From Pyrodictium abyssi (GTDB lineage Archaea; Thermoproteota; Thermoprotei_A; Sulfolobales; Pyrodictiaceae): a stretch of DNA of 32,000 nucleotides. This document shows positions 1 through 8,390 of the stretch, one piece after another. Position numbers and translations under genes: made by a program. Numbering within the stretch: the first letter of the stretch is position 1; each line of letters begins with the position of its first letter. The stretch spans positions 1,890,001-1,922,000 of the forward strand of contig NZ_AP028907.1 in the NCBI RefSeq assembly GCF_036323395.1, written 5' to 3'. Below the pieces are notes generated by a model. That model worked only from the letters and a program-made list of their open reading frames with translations. It did not search any database and had not been told where the DNA came from.

Positions 1-1826
1 TCTATACTGGATAGTTCCTGGATACTCCTGGATGCCAGCACCTCTATTACGAGGCTGCGTAGAAGATCCGCGTAGAGGTTCACCGTGCGCCTATCGTGCC
101 CAGAGAGGTTCTCTGGCAGACACCCGGTCGTCGCCACGGAGAAGCCATAGAGCAGCGAGTATACGAAGAGGCTTAGTCTTGGCCCTGCCTCTATCACCAC
201 GCTGCCAGTTATGTCGGCCACGGCTTCTAGCAGCTTTGGCACTTGCCTTTCCCGGCGCCCCGCGTCGGGTTCGAGTACGAGAATCGCTAGAGGCTCTCCG
301 GATAGCATCTGGCACGCGAGCTCCTGGGCGTAGGACTGGAGGCTGCGTGCGGGAACCGCTGCTAGCTTTAGCCCGTGCTTTTCGAGCAGCTCATTGAGCC
401 CTAGGAACTCTGAGAGCCTCGAACTGTACTCGGAGAACTCGCTCAGTGATAGGCTGTTTACCACCTCGACTACCTGGCCTGGTCCGGTCCTCCTGGCACA
501 GCCTACGAGCGGCGAGCTGCTAGCCATCGGGTATAAGCGCGCCACTATACCGGGTCTTAGCGCTGCTACGGGCTCATCGAATCTCTCCAGGGGTGGGCTC
601 AGGAGGTCAGGGTTTAGGGACTCGATTAGCTGGGCTGCGTGCGGGTCGTCGCCGTATATCTCACGGGCCACGTCTGCCGCTATAGCGAATAGCTCACGTA
701 GAGCCTGGGGGTCGTATACGATGAGGCCGTCTCGGCTCCATGCTAGTGCTGTGTGCTCTAGTGCCGAGACTGCATGCTCTACGGAAGAAGCCTGGAACCC
801 TTTAGCCCGCGCGTAGCGGGTCATCCAGGTCTCTGCTTCTGAGAGGAGGTCCTCTACGCGGACAGCAGTCCTAGAGTATACTACGGCTAGGCTGGCTTCG
901 GGGAGGACCTCGTAGCCCAGCAGCTTGCCTAGAAGCGAGAGGGGGACCGGCCCCGGGAGGACTGCCAGTAGTGGTACCATCTTCTTGTCCTCTATGAGTC
1001 GGCGAGCCTCCCTGTACCCAGCCTTATCGAATAGCGGCACGCCTTCGACTATCTCACGGGCTAGGGCCTCCTCGCCGAGGAGCACTGTCTCGACATGCTC
1101 TGGCCCCTGTTTGAGAGCAGCAGCAAGCTTGCCGACAACAGTGTCTACGAGCATACGGGCCCAGGCTATACGGCCCTTAGATGCCCACCACACCATGTTG
1201 GCTAGAAGGCTGGATACCTCTGGGAACTCGCCTCCCAGGGCCTCCGAGACCATACGCTCTATCACGGGCTTGGGGAGCAGGGGGAGCGTGAATACACGAC
1301 TACGCCACGCCACTGGACCGAACACTGCTTCCTTCAGTGTCGAGGAGGGGCCGAAGGCGAGCACGACGTATACGCTTGTGCTACGCGTCCTTATAGCCTC
1401 GGCTACACCGCGGAACGGCGAGGTCTCGTACTCCACGATGCCGCGGAGTAGATCATAGCTCTCCTCCACCTCATCCACAAGGATCACTACGACGCCGCTA
1501 ACATTGCCGAGCTTCTCCCTGGCATACTCCTCTAGTATCTTCGGTAGCTCGGACTCGTGTATGCTGCCGTAGCGCTCAACTATGTACTCCACGATGTCGG
1601 CGAGCTCTACGCGGATCGCCTTAGCACCAATACTTTCGACAAACCGCTCCAGGTACCGCAGGAGAGTGGTCTTGCCCGAGCCGTAGGGGGCTACTACCAC
1701 CGGCATCCAGTACTCGGCAGCATTACCCTTCACGTAGCTAGTGATAAGCTCTTCTAGCTCCGTCCTTATCCGGCGATGCTCTTCGCTTAGATCACACCAC
1801 CCGGTCTCGAAGCAGCTGGCCTCCAA
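1..1826 (-). CDS. Large P-loop NTPase (AAA/STAND-like archaeal ATPase). The first >=608 codons are present; the C-terminus lies beyond the window start.
   Basis: Absent from the ORF track because there is no in-window stop. My reverse-complement translation from TTG 1826 (alternative ATG 1706) gives ...AAEYWMPVVVAPYGSGKTTLLRYLERFVESIGAKAIRVELADIVEY (Walker A) and ...VSGVVVILVDEVEESYDLL (Walker B). I checked the frame codon by codon over 1441-1826 and read it through without stops to nt 1. The + strand ORFs 32..397, 394..816 and 925..1458 are S/R/A-rich antisense shadows. Confidence 0.7.
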   Translation of the reverse strand, partial: MEASCFETGWCDLSEEHRRIRTELEELITSYVKGNAAEYWMPVVVAPYGSGKTTLLRYLERFVESIGAKAIRVELADIVEYIVERYGSIHESELPKILEEYAREKLGNVSGVVVILVDEVEESYDLLRGIVEYETSPFRGVAEAIRTRSTSVYVVLAFGPSSTLKEAVFGPVAWRSRVFTLPLLPKPVIERMVSEALGGEFPEVSSLLANMVWWASKGRIAWARMLVDTVVGKLAAALKQGPEHVETVLLGEEALAREIVEGVPLFDKAGYREARRLIEDKKMVPLLAVLPGPVPLSLLGKLLGYEVLPEASLAVVYSRTAVRVEDLLSEAETWMTRYARAKGFQASSVEHAVSALEHTALAWSRDGLIVYDPQALRELFAIAADVAREIYGDDPHAAQLIESLNPDLLSPPLERFDEPVAALRPGIVARLYPMASSSPLVGCARRTGPGQVVEVVNSLSLSEFSEYSSRLSEFLGLNELLEKHGLKLAAVPARSLQSYAQELACQMLSGEPLAILVLEPDAGRRERQVPKLLEAVADITGSVVIEAGPRLSLFVYSLLYGFSVATTGCLPENLSGHDRRTVNLYADLLRSLVIEVLASRSIQELSSI

Positions 1827-2191
1827 TCAGAGAGTCCCCTTAGCGAGAAATACTCCTAACCGCCAAGCCGGAGTAGTAAAAACCCTCAGACCCATACACT
1901 CCATCCAACCGGGCGTGATGACCCCGCGCCTCCGGAGCCCAGATACGCAAGGCTCCACAGAAGGGGCTGTGAAGAGGGTCTTGAGTGCTGATTACCCCTA
2001 GGTAGTCGCAGACAACATAACGGTCGGAGCGTGTTCTGCAGAATATAAGCCTCCCATGTGCTTGGCTCCCAAGGAAAGGCCTAGAGCAGCCAGCATCTGG
2101 CTATCCATCTCTTCGTTTGCAGCCACTGCTCTATCTACAAGGCCGTCTAGACTCTACTGCCCGTAGATCCCGTAGTACTAGACCAAGAGCT

Positions 2192-2217
2192 GAAAACAAA
2201 ATTTGGAATTTAAAATA
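2192..2217 (-). terminator. T-rich tract downstream of the superoxide reductase gene; candidate archaeal oligo-T terminator
   Basis: The minus strand reads CCCTATTTTAAATTCCAAATTTTGTTTTCA about 30 nt after the sor stop (2248). Archaeal termination commonly uses oligo-T runs. Confidence 0.35.
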
Positions 2218-2247
2218 GGGGGCAGCGGTTCTTGGGGTCGCCGTTGG

Positions 2248-2625
2248 TTACTCTTCTACCTTTATGTCCTTGCGTATCTCCCATACTCCGTGCAGGTTGC
2301 AGTAGCTTAGAGCGTATAGTGTACCGCTCTTCTCAAGCCTTATTGTTATTGTTATCTCTGGCTCTGCGTAGACAGGCTCTAGGTCTATAGTAGCTATGTG
2401 TATCGGGTTGAACGCGCGGCCCTCCTCGCTGAACCATATCTCTACGCGGCGTATTGAGTGCTGTACCTGGTTGGGGTGCGGCCCTACCTTTATGGTTACC
2501 TTGAACGGTTCGCCCTTCTTTACTGTGTCAGGTGCCTCGATCTTGGGCGCGTGGGTCTCAGCCTTTGACGCGGCTGGGCCCTCTGTCTCGGGCGTGTATA
2601 TTAGTTCACCAAATGGCTTGGCCAT
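2248..2625 (-). CDS. sor: Superoxide reductase (neelaredoxin-type, 1Fe-SOR)
   Basis: The ORF contains the iron-ligand pattern ETHAPKIE, GPHPNQVQHSIRRVEIW and LYALSYCNLHGVWE, close to the Pyrococcus SOR ...LYALSYCNIHGLWE. I prefer ATG 2625 (MAKPFGELIY) over track start 2649 because GGAGG lies 9-13 nt upstream and a TATA-like box sits at 2667-2674. Confidence 0.9.
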   Translation of the reverse strand: MAKPFGELIYTPETEGPAASKAETHAPKIEAPDTVKKGEPFKVTIKVGPHPNQVQHSIRRVEIWFSEEGRAFNPIHIATIDLEPVYAEPEITITIRLEKSGTLYALSYCNLHGVWEIRKDIKVEE

Positions 2626-2666
2626 GACTGCCAGCCTCCAGTTTAACACAAGTTAACTAGGGCTAG

Positions 2667-2674
2667 ATAAAAAA
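2667..2674. promoter_or_regulatory. TATA-like box (TTTTTTAT / ATAAAAAA) in the divergent sor-sfsA spacer
   Basis: This is the only A/T octamer in the 2626-2736 spacer. It is about 45 nt from sor ATG 2625 and about 65 nt from sfsA ATG 2737. Confidence 0.4.
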
Positions 2675-2736
2675 CGTAACGGGTACTGAACTCCTTCGGG
2701 AAGACGGGGCCAGCGCAAAAAGGGTGGCCTGCGCCA

Positions 2737-3447
2737 TTGCATGTTGTACTTGAGGTCCCAGTGTTTAGGAAATGTAGGATAGTTCGTAGGCTCAACCGCT
2801 TTGTCGTCGAGGTAGAGGTAGAGGGCTCCAGAGAACGCGCTCATAACACGAATACCGGGCGGCTTGTGGACGTGCTTGTACCTGGGCGTAGCGGGTTCTG
2901 CACGCCGTTGAAGAGGCCAGGGAAGACTCGTTTCCGCCTGTTCGCTGTAGAGTATGGGAACGGCTACGCTGTCATTGATACCCGGCTCCAGGAGGAGGCA
3001 TTCGCCGCTGCCGTGGACCGCGGGCTCCTCCCATGGGCTGCCGGCTGCCGCGTAGCTTCTAGAAGACCGCGGCTAGGCTCTTCTTTCCTTGACTTCCTCC
3101 TGGAGTGTTCTGGTACAAGGGTCTATGTTGAGACCAAGAGCGCCGTGCTCATGGGGCCTAGGGGCCTCGCCATGTACCCTGATTGCCCTACCGAGCGTGG
3201 GCGGAGGCATATAAGCGAGCTAATAATACACGCGGAGAGCGGCGTGAGGGTAGCATTGGTGTTCATTGCAGCCTTACCAGGTGCTCGTGGCTTCATGCCC
3301 AACCGGGATGGGGATCCAGAGATCCCGGCCCTCGTGCGGAGAGCTATAGAGGCTGGCGTGATGGTCAAGGCTCTGGGGCTTGATTTCGACGCCGAGCGGC
3401 GGGGGATTAGACTATATGCTCCTAGCCTTCCTGTTGTACTCGCCTAG
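2737..3447 (+). CDS. sfsA: SfsA-family protein (sugar fermentation stimulation protein homolog, nuclease-like)
   Basis: N-terminal IVRRLNRFVVEVEVEGSRERAHNTNTGRL matches the SfsA signature (RxNRF..V...G....aH..NtGr). The length of 236 aa is typical. Confidence 0.8.
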   Translation: MHVVLEVPVFRKCRIVRRLNRFVVEVEVEGSRERAHNTNTGRLVDVLVPGRSGFCTPLKRPGKTRFRLFAVEYGNGYAVIDTRLQEEAFAAAVDRGLLPWAAGCRVASRRPRLGSSFLDFLLECSGTRVYVETKSAVLMGPRGLAMYPDCPTERGRRHISELIIHAESGVRVALVFIAALPGARGFMPNRDGDPEIPALVRRAIEAGVMVKALGLDFDAERRGIRLYAPSLPVVLA

Positions 3448-3474
3448 CCGTTTTGGCGCAGTGCGCTATAATGG

Positions 3475-4290
3475 TTGGCTGGAGGGCTGAGCGGCTTGAC
3501 CGTGCTGGGCCGGTACCGGCTACTCCTAGTAGACCTTGACGGTGTCGTGTGGAGAGGGGCTAGGCTCCTCCGGGAGAATATCGAGTGGCTTAGACGGGCC
3601 CGAGACCTCGGCGCTAGCATAGTGTTCGTGTCGAACAATTCTACCAGGAGCCGGCGTGTCTACTCGGAGAGGCTTACCCGCATCATGGGCTTCAAGGTGG
3701 GTATTGAAGACGTGGTTACAAGTGGACATGCCGTTGCGCGCTGGCTGAGAGAGGATAACGGTCCCTCTAGGGTTCTCGTGGTCGGCGAGGAGGGGCTTGT
3801 GGAGGAGCTTCTACAGCAGGGTCACTGGGTGCTGAGTATAGGTGATGGAGCCCGCTGCCCGGTAGACTATGTCGTGGTCGGGCTTGATCGTAACTTGACC
3901 TATGCTAGGCTGCGTGCTGCTCACCGTGCTATAAGGCAGTGCGGAGCGCGCCTGGTGGCGGCCAACGATGATGCCTCTGTTCCCGTGGAGAATGGCGACG
4001 AGCCTGGGGCCGGCGCTGTGCTTGCAGCCCTAGAGCGCTCGACTGGTGTGAGAGCGCTCTTCGTGGCCGGCAAGCCCAACCCCTACATGTACGAGCTGGT
4101 CCTAAAGCAGAGGAACATAGAGCCGAGCCAGGCACTAGTGATAGGTGATAGGTGTGACACCGATATAGCTGCGGCCGAGAAGCTGGGGATTGACAGCGTG
4201 CTAGTGCTTACTGGGGTAGCAGGGGAGCGTGGCGAGCGCTGCGAGGCAACATACGTTGTAGCTACCCTTGCCGAGCTAGAACAGTTCTAA
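3475..4290 (+). CDS. HAD-superfamily hydrolase, subfamily IIA (NagD-like sugar/nucleotide phosphatase)
   Basis: HAD motifs are present: I LLLVDLDGVVW, II VFVSNNSTRS, III AGKPNP, IV IGDRCDTDI. The track start is TTG 3475. GTG 3499 is an alternative, about 30 nt after the TATA-like CTATAAT at 3464-3470. Confidence 0.85.
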   Translation: MAGGLSGLTVLGRYRLLLVDLDGVVWRGARLLRENIEWLRRARDLGASIVFVSNNSTRSRRVYSERLTRIMGFKVGIEDVVTSGHAVARWLREDNGPSRVLVVGEEGLVEELLQQGHWVLSIGDGARCPVDYVVVGLDRNLTYARLRAAHRAIRQCGARLVAANDDASVPVENGDEPGAGAVLAALERSTGVRALFVAGKPNPYMYELVLKQRNIEPSQALVIGDRCDTDIAAAEKLGIDSVLVLTGVAGERGERCEATYVVATLAELEQF

Positions 4291-4312
4291 CAGCTTGTCT
4301 AAACGTGGCAGC

Positions 4313-5116
4313 CTAGACGCAGCCGGTCATCACTCCATCTATTACGATGGTTGAGCCGTTTATGTAGCCGGAGACGTCGCTGAGTAGGAAGGCTACTAGT
4401 CCTGCTATCTCCTGGGGTCTACCAACTCTCTTCATGGGCGTCAGCTCTATCACCCATTCACGCCACGCCTGCTCGAACTCTACTCTCTTCATCTCTGCGA
4501 GCCTCATGATATTACTACGCGCGCCTGGTGTATCGAAGCTGCCCATGAGTATCGTGTTAGCGCGTATACCTCGGCCCCCATACTGCCTGGCTACGCTCTT
4601 GGCCAGCTGTACTAGGCCTGCACGCGCTGTGTCAGCCAGCGCGAAGTGCGGCATAGGCTCCTTTACCGTCACCGATGAGAGGTAGATGAACGTCCCCCTT
4701 CTCTGGGCCAGGAAGCGTGGCAGCAGCAAGCTAGTCAGGTAGCCGGGTGCTATGAGGTGCAGCTGCGCGGCCTCGAGCCAGTCCTCGTAGCCCGCTTCAT
4801 GCGGGTAACATGGCTCGCACGATATGTTCCCCACGTTGAATACTAGCGCATCTAAGCCGCCAAGCCCTCTCCATGCTTCTTCCACGAGCCTCTCTATGTC
4901 TTCGCGCCTTCGGAGATCCGCTTGTATGGCTACCGGCTCTACCCCGGCTGCCTTGGCTATCTCCTTCGCTGCTCTGGCTAATGACTCGGTGCTACGGCCC
5001 ACGATAGCTACTCTTGCGCCCCACTCGGCTAGGCCACGAGCCACGTAGAACCCTATGCCGCGCGTAGAGGCTGTAACAAGCACTCGCAGACCGTTTAGCT
5101 TGAATACTGTGCTCAA
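4313..5116 (-). CDS. Short-chain dehydrogenase/reductase (SDR) family protein
   Basis: Rossmann motif VLVTASTRGIGFYVARGLAEWGARVAIVGRS, then NVGN, with SDR length (267 aa). The canonical YxxxK is not obvious by eye; the region reads SSVTVKEPMPHFALADTARAGLVQLAK. Confidence 0.8.
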   Translation of the reverse strand: MSTVFKLNGLRVLVTASTRGIGFYVARGLAEWGARVAIVGRSTESLARAAKEIAKAAGVEPVAIQADLRRREDIERLVEEAWRGLGGLDALVFNVGNISCEPCYPHEAGYEDWLEAAQLHLIAPGYLTSLLLPRFLAQRRGTFIYLSSVTVKEPMPHFALADTARAGLVQLAKSVARQYGGRGIRANTILMGSFDTPGARSNIMRLAEMKRVEFEQAWREWVIELTPMKRVGRPQEIAGLVAFLLSDVSGYINGSTIVIDGVMTGCV

Positions 5117-5174
5117 GCGGGCACCTCCCCGCCGCCTATGGGGATGCTAGCGTTGGCTAGGGGCTGTTCCGCCG

Positions 5175-5840
5175 CTAAACCTTCTCGACGCTCTTTATAC
5201 ACTCTGGAGGCACACGGGGCGCCAGATACATCACATGACTGGCTCGGTATACTGGTATGCCCTTCTCAGCTAGACACTGTGGGTCCACGTGTAGGAGTAC
5301 TACCTGGCTGCCATGCCGCCTAGCGGCTTCTAGGGCCTCCTGAGGCCTCGCCGCGAGATGCACCATTAGCCTCTTCATCGGCTTCAGCCCTTCACGCATT
5401 ATCGGCTGGAGCCTCTCAGCCACAGTGCCGTGGTAGAGTACCTCGGGTAGTTCCCTCGGGCTGAGCGGCTCGTAGCCTAGCTCTAGTTTCACGCTATGCC
5501 CATACGCTGCCCTTATCCGGCGCCTGTCGCTGGATAGCTGGAAACGGCCCTTAGGGTCTAGCAGAGCCACTGCCACTATGTGGTGCGGCGTCACCCACTG
5601 GTAGAGGTCCCGGCGCCGCCACCTCTCCCTTATAGCGCGGGCTAGCTCCTCTACTTCGACCCAGCCCCAAGGGTCAAGCCCTAATCCGGCTTCGTGGGGG
5701 ATGTGGCGGAGGAGCGCGCTCATCAGCTTGCTTAGCCTTACGCGCTGTTCACCGGTCATGAAAAGCGCTGTTGGCTTGCCGCAGTGCTGTGGCTCCTCCG
5801 TGAATTCTCCACAGACACGGCAGCGGTATACGGGCTTCAA
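5175..5840 (-). CDS. kptA: RNA 2'-phosphotransferase KptA/Tpt1 with an N-terminal Cys/His zinc-ribbon extension
   Basis: RVRLSKLMSALLRHIPHEAGLGLDPWGWVEVEEL, DPKGRFQL, RAAYGHSV and LYHGT match the Tpt1/KptA family. Residues 1-33 (YRCRVCGEFTEEPQHCGKPT) form a CxxC...HC ribbon that is absent from the KptA sequences I recall. Confidence 0.85.
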   Translation of the reverse strand: MKPVYRCRVCGEFTEEPQHCGKPTALFMTGEQRVRLSKLMSALLRHIPHEAGLGLDPWGWVEVEELARAIRERWRRRDLYQWVTPHHIVAVALLDPKGRFQLSSDRRRIRAAYGHSVKLELGYEPLSPRELPEVLYHGTVAERLQPIMREGLKPMKRLMVHLAARPQEALEAARRHGSQVVLLHVDPQCLAEKGIPVYRASHVMYLAPRVPPECIKSVEKV

Positions 5841-5899
5841 GGCTCCCCAGTCTACGGGCTATACAGAATAAGGAGGTAAACGGAGCTACCGCTGCCTAG

Positions 5900-7180
5900 C
5901 TACACGCTTCCACACGCACAGCCTATGGCTTCTTCCTCCATGAGGCGCTCGGCCTGCACCAGCCTGGCCGCCTCGCTAGCCTTGGCTACTGCCTCCTCGT
6001 ACGCTGCTGCAACCACTTGTCCTATTACCTTGACGGCGTCGTCCGGGTTTATGCGGTCTGCCTCGGGGAGCGGGTTAGTCCAGAGGCTCTTGTACACCGA
6101 CTCTATTGTGTCGCGGCCTACCTCCTCTAGGTTCATGCTGTCTAGTATCTTCTTGGCGGTGTAGAGCTTCTTCGCTACTACTGGGTGGTGTCTCCATAGG
6201 TGCTGGCTGCGGAACTCCTCCCATGGGATGCCGGTGCCGGTATAGTAGCGCCGGTAGCTAGTCTTGATGGCGTCCTCTATTAGCCCTGGGTCCTCCAGTA
6301 TGTCTATCTCCTTCTCGCTGAACTCGTGAAGCGCCTTGTAGGGACACATTAGGCACGCGACACGGGGTAGTCCGTCGTAGTAGTCTGGGTGGACTAGGCC
6401 TAGCTCGCGCACGTTCTTGACTATGTCGAGTATAGTCCATATGTATATTGGCCTTAATCTGCCCCCATCGTATATCCTTGGACGCTGCGGGGACATCCTG
6501 TAGAGGCGGTTGAACCGCTTAAACGCCTCTGTCATGCGGTCGCCGTCGGCTGTTACCTCCGGTCTTCTAGCCTTCTTTAGCTGCTTTATCGGCCTCAACT
6601 TCATGTAAGTGCACCAGCGCTTGCCGCGGTATGGGAGGCCCTCCTCCAGCAGCCTCTTCTTCATCAGCTCGCGGTCAGCCTCTACGACCTCTATCTCTAC
6701 GCCAAGCTTCTCTGCCGTCTTCACCGAGAAGTCTATGTTCCTCGGGGGCTCGAGGTAGGGCACGTAGCTGTATACCGCGTATACCTTGAGCCCGCGTACA
6801 CGCTCCCAGAGCCTGGCCATTATTGCGAGGACCGAAGTACTGTCCTTGCCCCCGCTGAAGTTCACTACCACTGTTTTGCCCTCTAGCTTCTCGCCGTACT
6901 GCTTATAGATCCAGTCCACGTACTCATCGAGGTCCCAAGCAACGTAGACTAGGGGCCAGGGAATGTCCTCAACTAGCCTTGCATACTCTATCTTAATGTC
7001 GTCTACCACTAGGAGTCCTTTTTCGATGAACGAGTCTATTCTCACGGCCCTTTCGGTGTCTATCCAGAGATAGCTGCCACGTGTACTACCATCTGGGTTG
7101 AAGACCACGCTGAATTCTACTGATGATATAACGTAGCCTGTTATCTCGCCGTTGCCGCTTAGCGCCGGGTACCTCTCCAT
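5900..7180 (-). CDS. PAPS-reductase-family PP-loop ATPase (426 aa) with extra N- and C-terminal regions; function unknown
   Basis: PP-loop VVVNFSGGKDSTSVL. WCTYMKLRPIKQL resembles the CysH CCxxRKxxPL segment, DGDRMTEAFKR resembles the GxRxxES.R segment, and there is a CLMCPY CxxC. About 100 aa precede the PP-loop and about 130 helical aa follow the core. Confidence 0.7.
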   Translation of the reverse strand: MERYPALSGNGEITGYVISSVEFSVVFNPDGSTRGSYLWIDTERAVRIDSFIEKGLLVVDDIKIEYARLVEDIPWPLVYVAWDLDEYVDWIYKQYGEKLEGKTVVVNFSGGKDSTSVLAIMARLWERVRGLKVYAVYSYVPYLEPPRNIDFSVKTAEKLGVEIEVVEADRELMKKRLLEEGLPYRGKRWCTYMKLRPIKQLKKARRPEVTADGDRMTEAFKRFNRLYRMSPQRPRIYDGGRLRPIYIWTILDIVKNVRELGLVHPDYYDGLPRVACLMCPYKALHEFSEKEIDILEDPGLIEDAIKTSYRRYYTGTGIPWEEFRSQHLWRHHPVVAKKLYTAKKILDSMNLEEVGRDTIESVYKSLWTNPLPEADRINPDDAVKVIGQVVAAAYEEAVAKASEAARLVQAERLMEEEAIGCACGSV

Positions 7181-7286
7181 GGAGCCCCCGGAGTAGCTGT
7201 TGGCAGTTGAAATGGCCTCTATAAAAACTACGAACGAGCGAAAATAGGCAGTAGCGTTCTACGTGGATCCCAGTACTATCTAGTGG

Positions 7287-8303
7287 CTAGAAGGGGTTGT
7301 AGCCCTCTCTGAGCCACCTGGCCACGTCAAGCGCGTGGTAGGTTAGTATTAGGTCTGCACCAGCCCTCTTTATTGCTGTTAGTATCTCTAGGGTTACCAG
7401 CTTCTCGTCTATCCATCCCTTCTCAGCCGCCGCCTTCACCATGGAGTACTCGCCGCTCACGTTGTAGGCTGCTAGCGGGTAATGGGGGAAGTTCTCCTTC
7501 ACGAGCCTTATCACGTCAAGATAGGCTAGAGCTGGCTTGACCATTAGTATGTCTGCGCCCTCCTCCACGTCTAGTATGACCTCCTTTATCGCCTCCATAG
7601 CATTGCGTGGGTCCATCTGGTAGCTTCTACGGTCGCCGAACTTCGGTGCCGACTCTGCCGCCGCGCGGAATGGGCCGTAGAACCCACTAGCGTATTTGAC
7701 GGCGTAGCTCATTATGCCTACTTCTGTAAAGCCCTCCTTGTCTAGTGCCCCGCGTATAGCCTGGACCATACCGTCCATCATGCCAGAGGGTGCCACGAAG
7801 TCCGCGCCAGCCTCTGCGTGGGCTACCGCCATCCGGGCTATAACCTTGAGCGTTGAGTCGTTGTCTATGAGTTTCCTGCCACGCTTCTCTATGGGTATGC
7901 CGCAGTGGCCGTGACTTGTGTACCCGCATATACACACGTCGGTGAATATCACGGGCTCTTCGCCGAATTCTCTACGGATAGCCTTAACCGCTTTGGGTAC
8001 GGGGCCCTTAGGGTCGTAGGCCGGTGTGCCGATGTGGTCCTTCTTCTCGGCTGGCGGCACACCGAACAGTATTATCGCCTTGACTCCCAGCTCTAGGGCT
8101 CTGGAGACGAGGTCTGTGACCTTCTCGACGGGGTAGCGGTACTGGCCAGGCATAGCGTCTATGGGCTCTGGCTCGTCTATGCCCTCGCGGACAAACACTG
8201 GGTAGATTAGATCGTTTACCGTGAGCGTCGTCTCCGCGACTAGATCCCTGATGCTCTTTGTCAAGCGTAGCCGGCGGGGGCGTAGCTCGGGGAAGAGAGG
8301 CAC
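7287..8303 (-). CDS. hemB: Porphobilinogen synthase (delta-aminolevulinic acid dehydratase)
   Basis: RPRRLR near the N-terminus, the zinc site DVCICGYTSHGHCG, the active-site Lys region ILMVKPALAYLDVI, and the C-terminal ILTYHA. Confidence 0.93.
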   Translation of the reverse strand: MPLFPELRPRRLRLTKSIRDLVAETTLTVNDLIYPVFVREGIDEPEPIDAMPGQYRYPVEKVTDLVSRALELGVKAIILFGVPPAEKKDHIGTPAYDPKGPVPKAVKAIRREFGEEPVIFTDVCICGYTSHGHCGIPIEKRGRKLIDNDSTLKVIARMAVAHAEAGADFVAPSGMMDGMVQAIRGALDKEGFTEVGIMSYAVKYASGFYGPFRAAAESAPKFGDRRSYQMDPRNAMEAIKEVILDVEEGADILMVKPALAYLDVIRLVKENFPHYPLAAYNVSGEYSMVKAAAEKGWIDEKLVTLEILTAIKRAGADLILTYHALDVARWLREGYNPF

Positions 8304-8390
8304 GGCCGAACACCAGCCAAGACGCCTGTAGAGGCCACATGTAGTACCTAGGCTGTGTCCTCGGGGATATACGTGCTACCACAGCATTAA

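Noticed and set aside
32-1458. + strand ORFs 32..397, 394..816, 925..1458 (and 1557..1757, 1741..2001)
   Set aside because: They are antisense to the long minus-strand P-loop NTPase frame, are Ser/Arg/Ala/Thr-rich, and have no motifs.
1827-2030. About 66 further open codons in the NTPase frame upstream of an in-frame TGA (1827-1829), suggesting readthrough or a pseudogenised N-terminus
   Set aside because: The upstream peptide (…VEPCVSGLRRRGVITPGWMECMGLRVFTTPAWRLGVFLAKGTL) looks non-protein-like. An open stretch of this length is unremarkable at this GC content. TTG 1826 or ATG 1706 gives a normal distance to the Walker A motif.
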